Shown: piece by piece, positions 1-8,966 of the stretch | Numbering within the stretch: the first letter of the stretch is position 1 | Layout: each line of letters opens with the position of its first letter | Sequence record: NC_041975.1 | DNA length: 64,000 nucleotides | Direction: 5' to 3' (one strand) | The notes under the pieces: generated by a model | The model's database searches: none | Seen by the model: the letters and a program-made list of their open reading frames with translations, nothing else | What the model was told of the DNA's origin: nothing | Position numbers and translations under genes: made by a program

Positions 1-996
1 ATGGCACATGATCATCAATTCAACGAAGCCTCAGACAGAGGGCTATTCGATTATGATGCTGACTGTAAAGTAAGTTACTTTATTAAGTCCGCACTCAAGA
101 CTCCGTTATTCATTCGACAGCGTACCGGATTGGATAATATCATCCCACCGAAGTTTTATGGTGGCGGGGTCATGGATCAGGTGGAAATCATGCTAGAGTT
201 TCAGATCAAGGAGCATGTATTTCTCGACATTAACAGTAAATCAATTGAGGAGCTACCACCCGAGTACGCCGTGATTGCCAAGGCAATTAATGTAATAAAA
301 GAAAAGCGTGTACGTGAACATGGCAACTATTATGTTGGTCGTGTTGTGTATACCTTTACCAGCGAATATTTCGAGCGCTGTAATGGTCAGTTCTATTTCT
401 CTGTGTTGGATATGGTTTTCTCCGTAAACAGCCCAGATGAGACAGACGAGCACCCGTATTGCATTAATGTGTTACAGCAAACCATGGCCGCGAAATTAAA
501 GGACGATTATGCCGGCTTAGTGACCTATGCAGTTAAGCTGGTAGATTCGCAGACGCGACTAGGCCCAAAGTACATCAATATCGCTGGTGATGTCTTTGAA
601 GTCACACCCACCGAAGGGCAAGGGACCGAATCAGCTGACGGCCTCTATCTCATTGGTGATGCACCGATCCGCAGAGGGAAGAAAGAATCTACTGGGCGTA
701 CACGATTTACGCCACTCGACTCGATACTACAAAGCCCTGAGAAGTATGGATTATTTTCTACTATTGGGGAAGCAAAGCATCGGGGAGATAAACAGTTGGA
801 TGCGGCATTTAATGCATTAGACGCAGCTAACGCGAAGGAACGGAAAGCGCAGCAGAAGATCGCTCAGCTGGAGACTCAGCTGGAAGGGTTTAAAGCAAAA
901 GAGAAACAGGACAATGGACTGGTTCTCAACAAAGGGATAACGGAGCTCATCAAACTTATTACTGCCACTATAGGCATTGTTAAACTCTTGAGGTAA
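1..996 (+). CDS. Conserved jumbo-phage hypothetical protein with C-terminal coiled coil and hydrophobic tail
   Basis: 331-aa ORF ending 4 nt before the RNAP subunit gene; heptad-like K/E/Q-rich segment near the C-terminus. Function not recognised. Confidence 0.75.
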   Translation: MAHDHQFNEASDRGLFDYDADCKVSYFIKSALKTPLFIRQRTGLDNIIPPKFYGGGVMDQVEIMLEFQIKEHVFLDINSKSIEELPPEYAVIAKAINVIKEKRVREHGNYYVGRVVYTFTSEYFERCNGQFYFSVLDMVFSVNSPDETDEHPYCINVLQQTMAAKLKDDYAGLVTYAVKLVDSQTRLGPKYINIAGDVFEVTPTEGQGTESADGLYLIGDAPIRRGKKESTGRTRFTPLDSILQSPEKYGLFSTIGEAKHRGDKQLDAAFNALDAANAKERKAQQKIAQLETQLEGFKAKEKQDNGLVLNKGITELIKLITATIGIVKLLR

Positions 997-1000
997 CTCA

Positions 1001-2689
1001 ATGGACCCGTTGCTCGAAACAGCTATAAAAAATACCATACCAAAAATGAATCCAGATATCTCTAATGGATTTGTAAAGCGAGAGCTAGACAAAGCACTTG
1101 AATATCTCAACAACGTCTTTGCCAGCGCCTTTGGTAGTTTGGGTTCCAACATTAAGTACATCGGGTATCAACGTTGTCGTCCCGATGAAGAGTACCGTTT
1201 CAGTTTAAAGCGTAATGGCGGAGCAACAGCTTCGAAGGCACGTTATGAGCTGGCCCGGTCTGATGTGTTTCTCACCAAGTTCAACTTCACGGTCGATGGG
1301 AAAGCAACCAAGCCATTGCTGCTCTATGTGCCGTACTGTGATGACACTGGACTGATGCACCTGCGTGGGACAGCACACACCATCTCACCTGTCTTGGAAG
1401 ATCCAGGGATCTCTGTGACACGGGATGGTTGTTTCTTTCGCGTGACCTGTGACAAGATCGTGGTGAAACGTACTGGCCATACGGTCTGTCGTGATATCAT
1501 GGACATCACACAAAAGCGTAAGCGGGTGCAGAAGCACATCAACGTACCGTGGGCGAAGATCTACCGTGCTAAGCAACAGAAAGCGAACTCAGCGAAGACC
1601 GCACCGGTTACCTCGTTGCCGCACTATCTGTTTGCGAAGTATGGTGTCACGCACACCTTTAAGAAGTATGCCGGTATGGATGTGGTGTTCGGGACTGAGT
1701 TGGATATCACACCTCAGAACTATCCTGACAATGAGTGGACGCGGTTCTATTCCGCTAAACAAACCCACCCTAACAACAAGCGTCCGTCCCAAGAGTGGGT
1801 GCCAACGGCTGCAGCGTTAGCTGTCAGAACCACCGCGCCGTCTCAGTTGGTGGATATCTTGGTGGCGGGCTACTTCTATGTCGCTGACTGTTATACCCAT
1901 GAATTTAATCCGATTCACTCTGATGAGCCAGATCATTGGCGTCTGATGATGGGTAAGATGGTCTTTAACAAGACGGTCAAGTATGTGCAGATGACAGAAT
2001 ACCTGGCACCGCACTTTGCCTCACTTGATACGTACCTGGACGACATCGCCAAAGAGAACCTGGCCGAAGAAGGGGTGTTGTGTGAAGACGTATATGAGCT
2101 GATGACTTACATCATCGCGAACCTGGATCACATGATCAACACCGTGAACCTGGCTAGCATGTACAACAAGAAACTCGTTGTATTGCCGTATGTGCTATCA
2201 CCGATCATTCACGGGATCTTCTATACCAAGTTTAACCTGATGCAACAATGCAAGAAGCGTGCTGTTGATACCACCACTGGTGAAGAGATCATGGTGTTCA
2301 CGGAAGACACGTTATTTGATGTTCTTGGACGTAACCTGAAGCCGGAAGCGATTAACAAAGTGAAAGGGCCAGACCATGGCATGATTAGCTCTGTTGCAGC
2401 CCCAGGCGACAATAAGATGTTTAAGATAAATAACAAGATTACACTACAGCAAAATGCAACGCAATCAGGTGGGCGTCGTAATGAATCACCGATGACCGAT
2501 GATTCGAAAGGGCTGGATGTCAGTATTGCAGACTGTGCATCGTATCTCCACATTACGAAACCCGATCCGACCGGCCGCTCTTTATTTAACCCCTTTAAGT
2601 TATTGGTACGTGATAAACTCCTTCCGTCCGTTAAATATGAAAAACTGTTTAGCGTAACGCAGGCGATTATCTATCGTCGCAATATTTAG
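1001..2689 (+). CDS. Non-virion RNA polymerase beta subunit, N-terminal part (phiKZ gp123-like)
   Basis: 562 aa. Motifs PKMNPDISNG, YIGYQRCRPDEE, YELARSDVFL, LYVPYCDDTGLMHLRG, SPVLEDPGIS match my recollection of phiKZ gp123 homologues. Position upstream of portal/baseplate genes fits phiKZ synteny. Confidence 0.85.
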   Translation: MDPLLETAIKNTIPKMNPDISNGFVKRELDKALEYLNNVFASAFGSLGSNIKYIGYQRCRPDEEYRFSLKRNGGATASKARYELARSDVFLTKFNFTVDGKATKPLLLYVPYCDDTGLMHLRGTAHTISPVLEDPGISVTRDGCFFRVTCDKIVVKRTGHTVCRDIMDITQKRKRVQKHINVPWAKIYRAKQQKANSAKTAPVTSLPHYLFAKYGVTHTFKKYAGMDVVFGTELDITPQNYPDNEWTRFYSAKQTHPNNKRPSQEWVPTAAALAVRTTAPSQLVDILVAGYFYVADCYTHEFNPIHSDEPDHWRLMMGKMVFNKTVKYVQMTEYLAPHFASLDTYLDDIAKENLAEEGVLCEDVYELMTYIIANLDHMINTVNLASMYNKKLVVLPYVLSPIIHGIFYTKFNLMQQCKKRAVDTTTGEEIMVFTEDTLFDVLGRNLKPEAINKVKGPDHGMISSVAAPGDNKMFKINNKITLQQNATQSGGRRNESPMTDDSKGLDVSIADCASYLHITKPDPTGRSLFNPFKLLVRDKLLPSVKYEKLFSVTQAIIYRRNI

Positions 2690-2701
2690 TGAGCCTACAT
2701 C

Positions 2702-2878
2702 ATGAAACAGAACGCTGAGATCGATTCGTCTATTATTTCTACCGGTAATATCTTCCAGGCACACAAGCCAGCCCCAGTTGGTCGTTGTGATCTGTCGGGT
2801 GAATCACAGAAACGCTCACAGAGCATGACAGAAGAAGATAAGGCGGCAGTAGCCAAACGTTTTGGTTTGACTAAATAA
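2702..2878 (+). CDS. Small 58-aa hypothetical protein (not in ORF track)
   Basis: ATG at 2702 to TAA at 2876-2878 (MKQNAEIDSS...KRFGLTK) fills the gap between two plus-strand genes; weak RBS. Confidence 0.45.
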   Translation: MKQNAEIDSSIISTGNIFQAHKPAPVGRCDLSGESQKRSQSMTEEDKAAVAKRFGLTK

Positions 2879-2925
2879 TTAACTTTTTGTAAGCAGATTG
2901 TTTTAGTCTGCAAAAGGAAACCGTT

Positions 2926-5409
2926 ATGAGCAATATGTACCCACCGCAGATGATGATGGCCCAAGGAGGGTTGTATCCTCAGCAAGGGATGTATCCGCAG
3001 CAGCAGATGATGCAACCCCCGATGATGATGCAACAACAAGCTCCACAAATCGATAAGCAAGCTTTAGCACAGGCTTTTGCAAAGTTTATCGATCAGGCGG
3101 CCACGCAGAACCAGAACCAGCTGACTGCCTATATCCACATGCGTTACACACAGAACCAGTATCAGAACCAGCAGTTCCAAACTGCGGTGAACACGGTACT
3201 GGCGATGTACATGTTGGCGCTGCAGACAGCCCCTGGTATGCCACCGCATCAACTGCAGGGTCAAGCGGTGGTTGATGCATACGAAATCCACGCCATTCTG
3301 GAGTTGCAGCAGAACCCACAGATGGTGCAGGCTTTGGCGCCGAATATCATTCAGGCGCTTGTGCAGAACATCCCGCGCTTACAGCAGCAGTTAAATCAAA
3401 GCTTCCCGCAGCTGCAGTTGCAAGTACCACAGCTTAATGTTCCGGGTTATCAGCTGCAGAATACCATGCAGCCGCAGCAGCACATGTTACCTGGTTATAA
3501 TGCCATGATGCCACCGATGCAGGGTTATGCACCGGTCCCGCAGCAGGGGATGTATCAGAACAGCATGATGCCTGGTCAGCCGTACAATGGTTATAACGCG
3601 CAGACCAATGATAACCTTGGCATGAGCGATGCCCGTGCTCAGTTACCTGCACCGCCAGCCGATGGTAAGTATTACGGCCCAGCAAGCATCGGTAACAACA
3701 CCGACAACAAACCAGCCAACACCGTGCAGCCTATTGCGGTCGCCGGCTTTGAAGTCAGTGAAGCGCGTGTACCAATGCATGCGGTGGGTGTGTTGGAAGA
3801 GTACAGCACACCTAACCTGCAACAAGCGATGCAACAACAGCAAGACATGCCAATGCCGAGTAACATCGACTTTGACAGTGTGATGTCGCTGGAAGAGGAA
3901 GAGCACGAAGAACCGATGTTCAACATCCCGATGGCGGATGAAGAGCAACTGGTGCTGAATGCGGGTACAGATGCTAGCACAGATGACGAACCGTATCAGA
4001 GTCCGTTCCCGTCATTCTCTCAGATCTTCGGTCAACCTGCCTCAGGTGCTAACATCAGTGCAGCAGCAGAAGCGGCGATGACGCCACCTCCTGCTGAAGC
4101 GTTACTGTCTCAGCCGGTTGCAAACAAACCGACGGTGGTGGTAACCAAAGCTGCTGAAGTGTCACCAGACGGCCTGCCAGATGGCTGGATGTTCACTGAG
4201 TCGCTGGAAGCCGGTGAGTTCCTGAAGCTGATCCGTGCTGCTAAACGCAATCGTAAGAATCCACTACCGATTCATTACGACCGTACTTTCATGACCCGCT
4301 TGTATCGCTATAACCCAGATGGTGCGATTGAGCAACGTATCGTAGGAGAAACCATGGACAGACTTCGTCACGACCTATCCTCACTGGACGAGGTAGATAA
4401 TCAAGGGGCACGTGAGCAAGCAGCACTGTTCGCACCACTGACCACTGCGACTATTGATGAAGTCAATAAGGTAGTGAAGGAAGCAGAGAAAGACAGCGGG
4501 AAAGTGACTGAGAAGCTGAAAGAGAAAGACATCGTCGTTCTTAGCAAGCCAGTGACTGTATCGTGCCGTCAAGAAGCAGCTATCCTGGTGGCAGCCAAAG
4601 CGGGCGAGATTCAGAAACTCAACAGCAACAAACACGGTTATGAGTACTACTACCGTGAAGCGATGATACTGCAAACCACCAAGAACGTGGTGGCGTTGTT
4701 GGAGAACCCAACTGTCAAAGCGTTGTCTCAGCGTTCACAGGTGAACAACCTGGTTGAGCTGGCAGAAGCAATCCGTGCAGCGCGTGCAGAAGGTGCGTTA
4801 AGTCCACAGGCACTGACCAAGCTGACTGACCACATGATGGAAGTGTTTAACGACATGCTCACTCATGATTACGGTTATGCGGGCGAACTGGTGTTGACCG
4901 GTAGCGATGAAGACGGTAACAAAACCCAGCTGGAAGATGAGCTGATGGACTTCGTGGTCTACATGGACAGTAATGAAGATCATCGTGAAGTGCTCGATCT
5001 GATTCATAAGCGTTGGATTCCGCTGCGTGAGCGTCTGTGCATTATCTTAACGGATGGTGCCTTAACCTCTGCACAACGTATCCTGGCCAAACGTTACGGT
5101 TCAGACGATGACATGGATGCGATGGTTGATGCGACCAGTAACATGCTGATTGCAATGACCTCGGTTAGCGTAACCAACCTCAACAAAACCAGCCGTGAGC
5201 TGAAGCTTGATGACAAGGACCGTATCTTCGCTGTAAACGCGTCTGACAGCCCGTATCTGTACAGTGTGTTGAAAGGTATCACCGAGCGCACTAAACAGCA
5301 CACATCGCGTTACACGAAGCATCGCGTGGTAACGGCAGATGGTCGCTTCCTGAACTTCCGCTTAGGTGGTTTGGGTGACGGCAGTGTCTTCATTGCCAAC
5401 TTTGAGTAA
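2926..5409 (+). CDS. Hypothetical protein with long Q/P/M-rich low-complexity N-terminal region
   Basis: 827 aa; AAGGA RBS. Roughly the first 330 aa are Q/P/M/Y-rich, followed by an acidic linker and a globular-looking C-terminal half. Confidence 0.85.
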   Translation: MSNMYPPQMMMAQGGLYPQQGMYPQQQMMQPPMMMQQQAPQIDKQALAQAFAKFIDQAATQNQNQLTAYIHMRYTQNQYQNQQFQTAVNTVLAMYMLALQTAPGMPPHQLQGQAVVDAYEIHAILELQQNPQMVQALAPNIIQALVQNIPRLQQQLNQSFPQLQLQVPQLNVPGYQLQNTMQPQQHMLPGYNAMMPPMQGYAPVPQQGMYQNSMMPGQPYNGYNAQTNDNLGMSDARAQLPAPPADGKYYGPASIGNNTDNKPANTVQPIAVAGFEVSEARVPMHAVGVLEEYSTPNLQQAMQQQQDMPMPSNIDFDSVMSLEEEEHEEPMFNIPMADEEQLVLNAGTDASTDDEPYQSPFPSFSQIFGQPASGANISAAAEAAMTPPPAEALLSQPVANKPTVVVTKAAEVSPDGLPDGWMFTESLEAGEFLKLIRAAKRNRKNPLPIHYDRTFMTRLYRYNPDGAIEQRIVGETMDRLRHDLSSLDEVDNQGAREQAALFAPLTTATIDEVNKVVKEAEKDSGKVTEKLKEKDIVVLSKPVTVSCRQEAAILVAAKAGEIQKLNSNKHGYEYYYREAMILQTTKNVVALLENPTVKALSQRSQVNNLVELAEAIRAARAEGALSPQALTKLTDHMMEVFNDMLTHDYGYAGELVLTGSDEDGNKTQLEDELMDFVVYMDSNEDHREVLDLIHKRWIPLRERLCIILTDGALTSAQRILAKRYGSDDDMDAMVDATSNMLIAMTSVSVTNLNKTSRELKLDDKDRIFAVNASDSPYLYSVLKGITERTKQHTSRYTKHRVVTADGRFLNFRLGGLGDGSVFIANFE

Positions 5410-5418
5410 CCCATAACA

Positions 5419-5445
5419 GGAGAGCTTCGGCTCTCCTTTATGCCG
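5419..5445 (+). terminator. Hairpin (GGAGAGC-TTCG-GCTCTCC) followed by TTTATGCCG
   Basis: Perfect 7-bp stem with UUCG loop just after the stop codon at 5409. Confidence 0.85.
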
Positions 5446-5681
5446 GCCAGGTTTTCCACCCATCTCCTCTATCGGACAACAGATATAGATAGCGTCTGAT
5501 CAACGTCATTGATTACACTTTATTCTACGACCCCAACGTAACCTGTCGACATTCATAAGGGAATGCCACACCGTTGTTTATGTACGTCCTTATAAAAGAA
5601 GCGACCAAGCAAAAGACCAATAATCCGCAAACCTTCTTTAAACCAAACCTATTCTCTTTTCTTATTAATCTGGAGTGTTGT

Positions 5682-6014
5682 ATGGATTTCTCATTTCTAC
5701 TTGATCAAAACCCGTTGAGCCATTACAAAAACGAGTTACCGGCCTTAGTCCGTGAACTTAATGGCTCGATGGAAGATGATGCCCGTGTTTCCTGTGAAGA
5801 CGCACTGAATGCGCTGGTGCATCTCTTTGCAACACCGGGTGAGCTCATCAGCCTTACTATTCAACGCCACTGTAGCATTGCTGAGCAGAAGCTGCGCTAT
5901 ACGGCAAAGTTCATCAATGACACGGTGGCCACGGTCGAAGGACCTGAACCAATGGATCTGCGCTATGTGCTAGGGACTGCAGTATTTAACGCCATTACCA
6001 TTCCTATCAAATAA
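5682..6014 (+). CDS. Hypothetical protein (110 aa)
   Basis: GGAG RBS before ATG 5682; ends at a bidirectional terminator. Confidence 0.7.
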   Translation: MDFSFLLDQNPLSHYKNELPALVRELNGSMEDDARVSCEDALNALVHLFATPGELISLTIQRHCSIAEQKLRYTAKFINDTVATVEGPEPMDLRYVLGTAVFNAITIPIK

Positions 6015-6016
6015 AT

Positions 6017-6057
6017 CGGCATAAGAGGAGAGGCAAATGCCTCTCCTCTGTTATGCT
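6017..6057. terminator. Bidirectional terminator: CGGCATA-hairpin-TTATGC
   Basis: 12-bp stem AGAGGAGAGGCA/TGCCTCTCCTCT between convergent genes, with the motif on both flanks. Confidence 0.85.
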
Positions 6058-6075
6058 ACTTCTTTTTTTTTTGGT

Positions 6076-8934
6076 TTAGAACGTGAACTTCGGGTTTTTC
6101 GAATCGTCGTCGTTGAAGTCGTCATCCGTCGGATCTTCAAGACTCGGGTCAGCGGCATCATCATCATCCGGATTAGTGGTATCGTCCGGGTTCTGTATGT
6201 CATCTGGGTTCTGCTCATCTACCGGGGGTTCGTCGCCATCGGTGGGTGGCGTCGGCATGGCAAACGGGTCAGCTTCGCCCTCATCCGGTGGAGCATTCGG
6301 ATTAGCAGCGGTATCACCCAACTGCTCATCTTCCTTCAGCTTATCGTATTTACTCTGCAGCTTCTCTTCGACTTTCTTCTTATCTTTCAGATACGTGAGA
6401 ATGCCTTCCCAGACATTTTCATTGTAGCTGATGATTTCAGAAAGCAGGGCAGCGGTAGCGTTAGTGTCTTCACCCAGATCATTCAGGATTGCGTATTGCT
6501 GCGCATTACCGGAATCATCCATCCACTTACGCATGTACATTGCCACCAGAGACTGACGCCAGGTTTCCAGATCCTCTTCAGAACCATCCAGGAACTTGCC
6601 TACCACAGCATCTGGGAAGCGGTCATTGATGACAGCCTCAGTGTGTTCACGACGTGTCTGGTAGGCACGGGTGATCTCTTCCAGGTCGGTGGTTTCAGGT
6701 TCAGGTAGGGTGACGATGATTGAGTTAATGAAGTTGGTCAGCAAACGGGCTGCAATCGCATCTTCATCCTTAGCAACATCCGGGTTATTGGCTTTGAAGT
6801 CCTCAAACATCTTCCTGCCTTTAGCAGAAGACGGGCTCCAGAGATTCTTGTTGTTATGAATGAGGTCATACAACTCATTCATCAAGTTACCGGATTTGGC
6901 AGTCAGTTTACGCACCAGGTCAGAGGCATGACCACACACCACACGTTGTGACACGGTGATCTCTTGCGAGTACAGCGCATCGTTGTTGATGTGTTCGATG
7001 GCAAACTTGATGTCGTTCTGCGACGAGATGAGTTCAGGACGAATCCCCCACATCTGTGACAGGAACTCCATCAAGCGGTCATTCCACTCCGGATCAGGTG
7101 GGGTGATATCACGCTTGCCGTGAGAGATATCTGCATCAATCGACGGGTAGTGATCGTTACCACTGGTCTTTACAATCACGCTGGCACTGTCAAGGATGTT
7201 ACACACATCACGCGGGTTCTTGGCGCCGATGATCGAGGAGAGACCAAGGGTGGAGTTCAAGTGCGTGGTGATCACATCTTCGATGGTGTTTTCTGGCTCT
7301 GGGTCATCCTCATCCAGCGGGATGTTCAGGGTGGTGATGTTCACCGAGTTCGCAACGTTAGCAAGTGTAGTAGCAATGATGTTGGTCATCGCCATCGACG
7401 CATACAGACGTGAGCGGTCTAACAGAGAACGACCAATACCAAACCGGTTGTAGTCGAAAGCGAAATAGGTCATCGCTTCTTCTGGCAGGTACAGGATACG
7501 GGTCTGCAGGTTACGGCAAGTACGGGCAAACATGATACGCATGACTTCGTTGGTTAACCCCACGGTCATGGTCTGACCATAGGTGCCATTAGCCAGGCGT
7601 TGCACCAGATCTTTCTCCACTTCTTCGACATACTTGTTGTAGAAGGCAGACGTATCAAAGGTACATTTATTACCCGACTTCATCTCCGCCGCCATGGCAA
7701 TGATGCCTTTGGTGCTGTCGATAGCGCTGTTGGTATCCTGACGGTTCTTCATCTGATCTTGATAGAACTGATCATTCTGCGCCGTACGCACCGGGTTACC
7801 GTGTTCATCCAACAGAACGAAGTAACCCACGCGGTGTTTAAAGTCACCTGGGACGTGTACTGGGATCACACACTCTGAGGGCAGGTGCATCAGTAATGGC
7901 TGACCAACGTTTTCTTTAGACAGCTCGTCGTCACGTCCGACCGTGATGTTGTTGGTCGCTACGTAATCACGCTGTTTAAAGAGGTCGTTGTAGACATTGC
8001 TGTACTGCTCATCCGTTAACACCGGCGTCTGGGCAACTTTGCTGTCTTTGTCCTTACCGCCTTTTGCTTTCGCCCCACCTTTGTCTTCCAGTGCTTCCAT
8101 GCCGGCACGACGCAGACCTAACGGGATACGGTTCTTCTTCGACAGGTTGTGGCGCGCTAACGCCAGCTTAAAGCGCGGCAGACTTAACACCGCATCGTTA
8201 TCGGTGATGGTTAGCCCTAGCTCATTTTTATTATCACCATTCAGATGGTGCATGGTCATAATAGGCGTTTCGCCACTCATCAACGATTCGAGTGACGCGG
8301 TCATCAGCATATTAGAACTACCTGGGTTACCCAGATAGCCACGAGAGCGGAACTGTTGGGAGTGTGCGTCGTAGTCATCAGCAATTGCTTCCATGCCAGA
8401 GCCACGGGTATAACCGTTAATCACGTTATCCAGTGACGACTGGGAAAGCACTGCCCAGGCTGAGGAACCGGTCTTAAATAACATGTCCGGAACGATGTCA
8501 GCAAGTTTGTCAGTAATTTTATAGTTCTTTTCTATGTACTCCCGCACTGCGCTGATCAAAAGACTGTTAAGCTCTGTGTTCTTACCTTCATACGCTTCTG
8601 TGGTATAAGTCAGGGAGACCGTGCGTAAGTTACGCGGAGAGAGAATAGACGCCGTAAGGATCTTACACGCCTTTAAGGCTCCGGGTACACTTTCCATCAA
8701 TTCGGTATTCGAGTCGATACTGGTACTGGTCAGTTTGGAGATGTTTTGGAGCATCCCTGCAGAAGGACCACCATCCCGGTTGGAGCGTCCTGTACGTTTG
8801 GACGTATCCCGCGGTTTGTTGTCCTTCGGAACCAGTATGTCAATGATCGCTTTTGTCGCAGGATCTTTATTGAGTAAATTCAGTTTTGGCGTAGCAGCAC
8901 GGCTGTTACCTGCCAAGCGATTCGATTCGGCCAT
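6076..8934 (-). CDS. Putative portal protein (phiKZ gp129-like)
   Basis: About 950 aa from ATG 8934 with AAGGAG RBS. Segments LLMHLPSECVIPVHVPG...HRVGYFVLLDEHGNP and RILYLPEEAMTYFAFDYNRFGIGRSLL resemble phiKZ-type portals; divergent from a baseplate gene as in phiKZ-like phages. Confidence 0.7.
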   Translation of the reverse strand: MAESNRLAGNSRAATPKLNLLNKDPATKAIIDILVPKDNKPRDTSKRTGRSNRDGGPSAGMLQNISKLTSTSIDSNTELMESVPGALKACKILTASILSPRNLRTVSLTYTTEAYEGKNTELNSLLISAVREYIEKNYKITDKLADIVPDMLFKTGSSAWAVLSQSSLDNVINGYTRGSGMEAIADDYDAHSQQFRSRGYLGNPGSSNMLMTASLESLMSGETPIMTMHHLNGDNKNELGLTITDNDAVLSLPRFKLALARHNLSKKNRIPLGLRRAGMEALEDKGGAKAKGGKDKDSKVAQTPVLTDEQYSNVYNDLFKQRDYVATNNITVGRDDELSKENVGQPLLMHLPSECVIPVHVPGDFKHRVGYFVLLDEHGNPVRTAQNDQFYQDQMKNRQDTNSAIDSTKGIIAMAAEMKSGNKCTFDTSAFYNKYVEEVEKDLVQRLANGTYGQTMTVGLTNEVMRIMFARTCRNLQTRILYLPEEAMTYFAFDYNRFGIGRSLLDRSRLYASMAMTNIIATTLANVANSVNITTLNIPLDEDDPEPENTIEDVITTHLNSTLGLSSIIGAKNPRDVCNILDSASVIVKTSGNDHYPSIDADISHGKRDITPPDPEWNDRLMEFLSQMWGIRPELISSQNDIKFAIEHINNDALYSQEITVSQRVVCGHASDLVRKLTAKSGNLMNELYDLIHNNKNLWSPSSAKGRKMFEDFKANNPDVAKDEDAIAARLLTNFINSIIVTLPEPETTDLEEITRAYQTRREHTEAVINDRFPDAVVGKFLDGSEEDLETWRQSLVAMYMRKWMDDSGNAQQYAILNDLGEDTNATAALLSEIISYNENVWEGILTYLKDKKKVEEKLQSKYDKLKEDEQLGDTAANPNAPPDEGEADPFAMPTPPTDGDEPPVDEQNPDDIQNPDDTTNPDDDDAADPSLEDPTDDDFNDDDSKNPKFTF

Positions 8935-8966
8935 TTTAAAGAGGCTCCTTGCAGTGGGAGAATAGC

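Noticed and set aside
6037-6708. 223-aa plus-strand ORF antisense to the portal C-terminus
   Set aside because: Its hydrophobic I/V/R composition is the expected mirror of the acidic low-complexity portal tail, and it starts inside a terminator hairpin.
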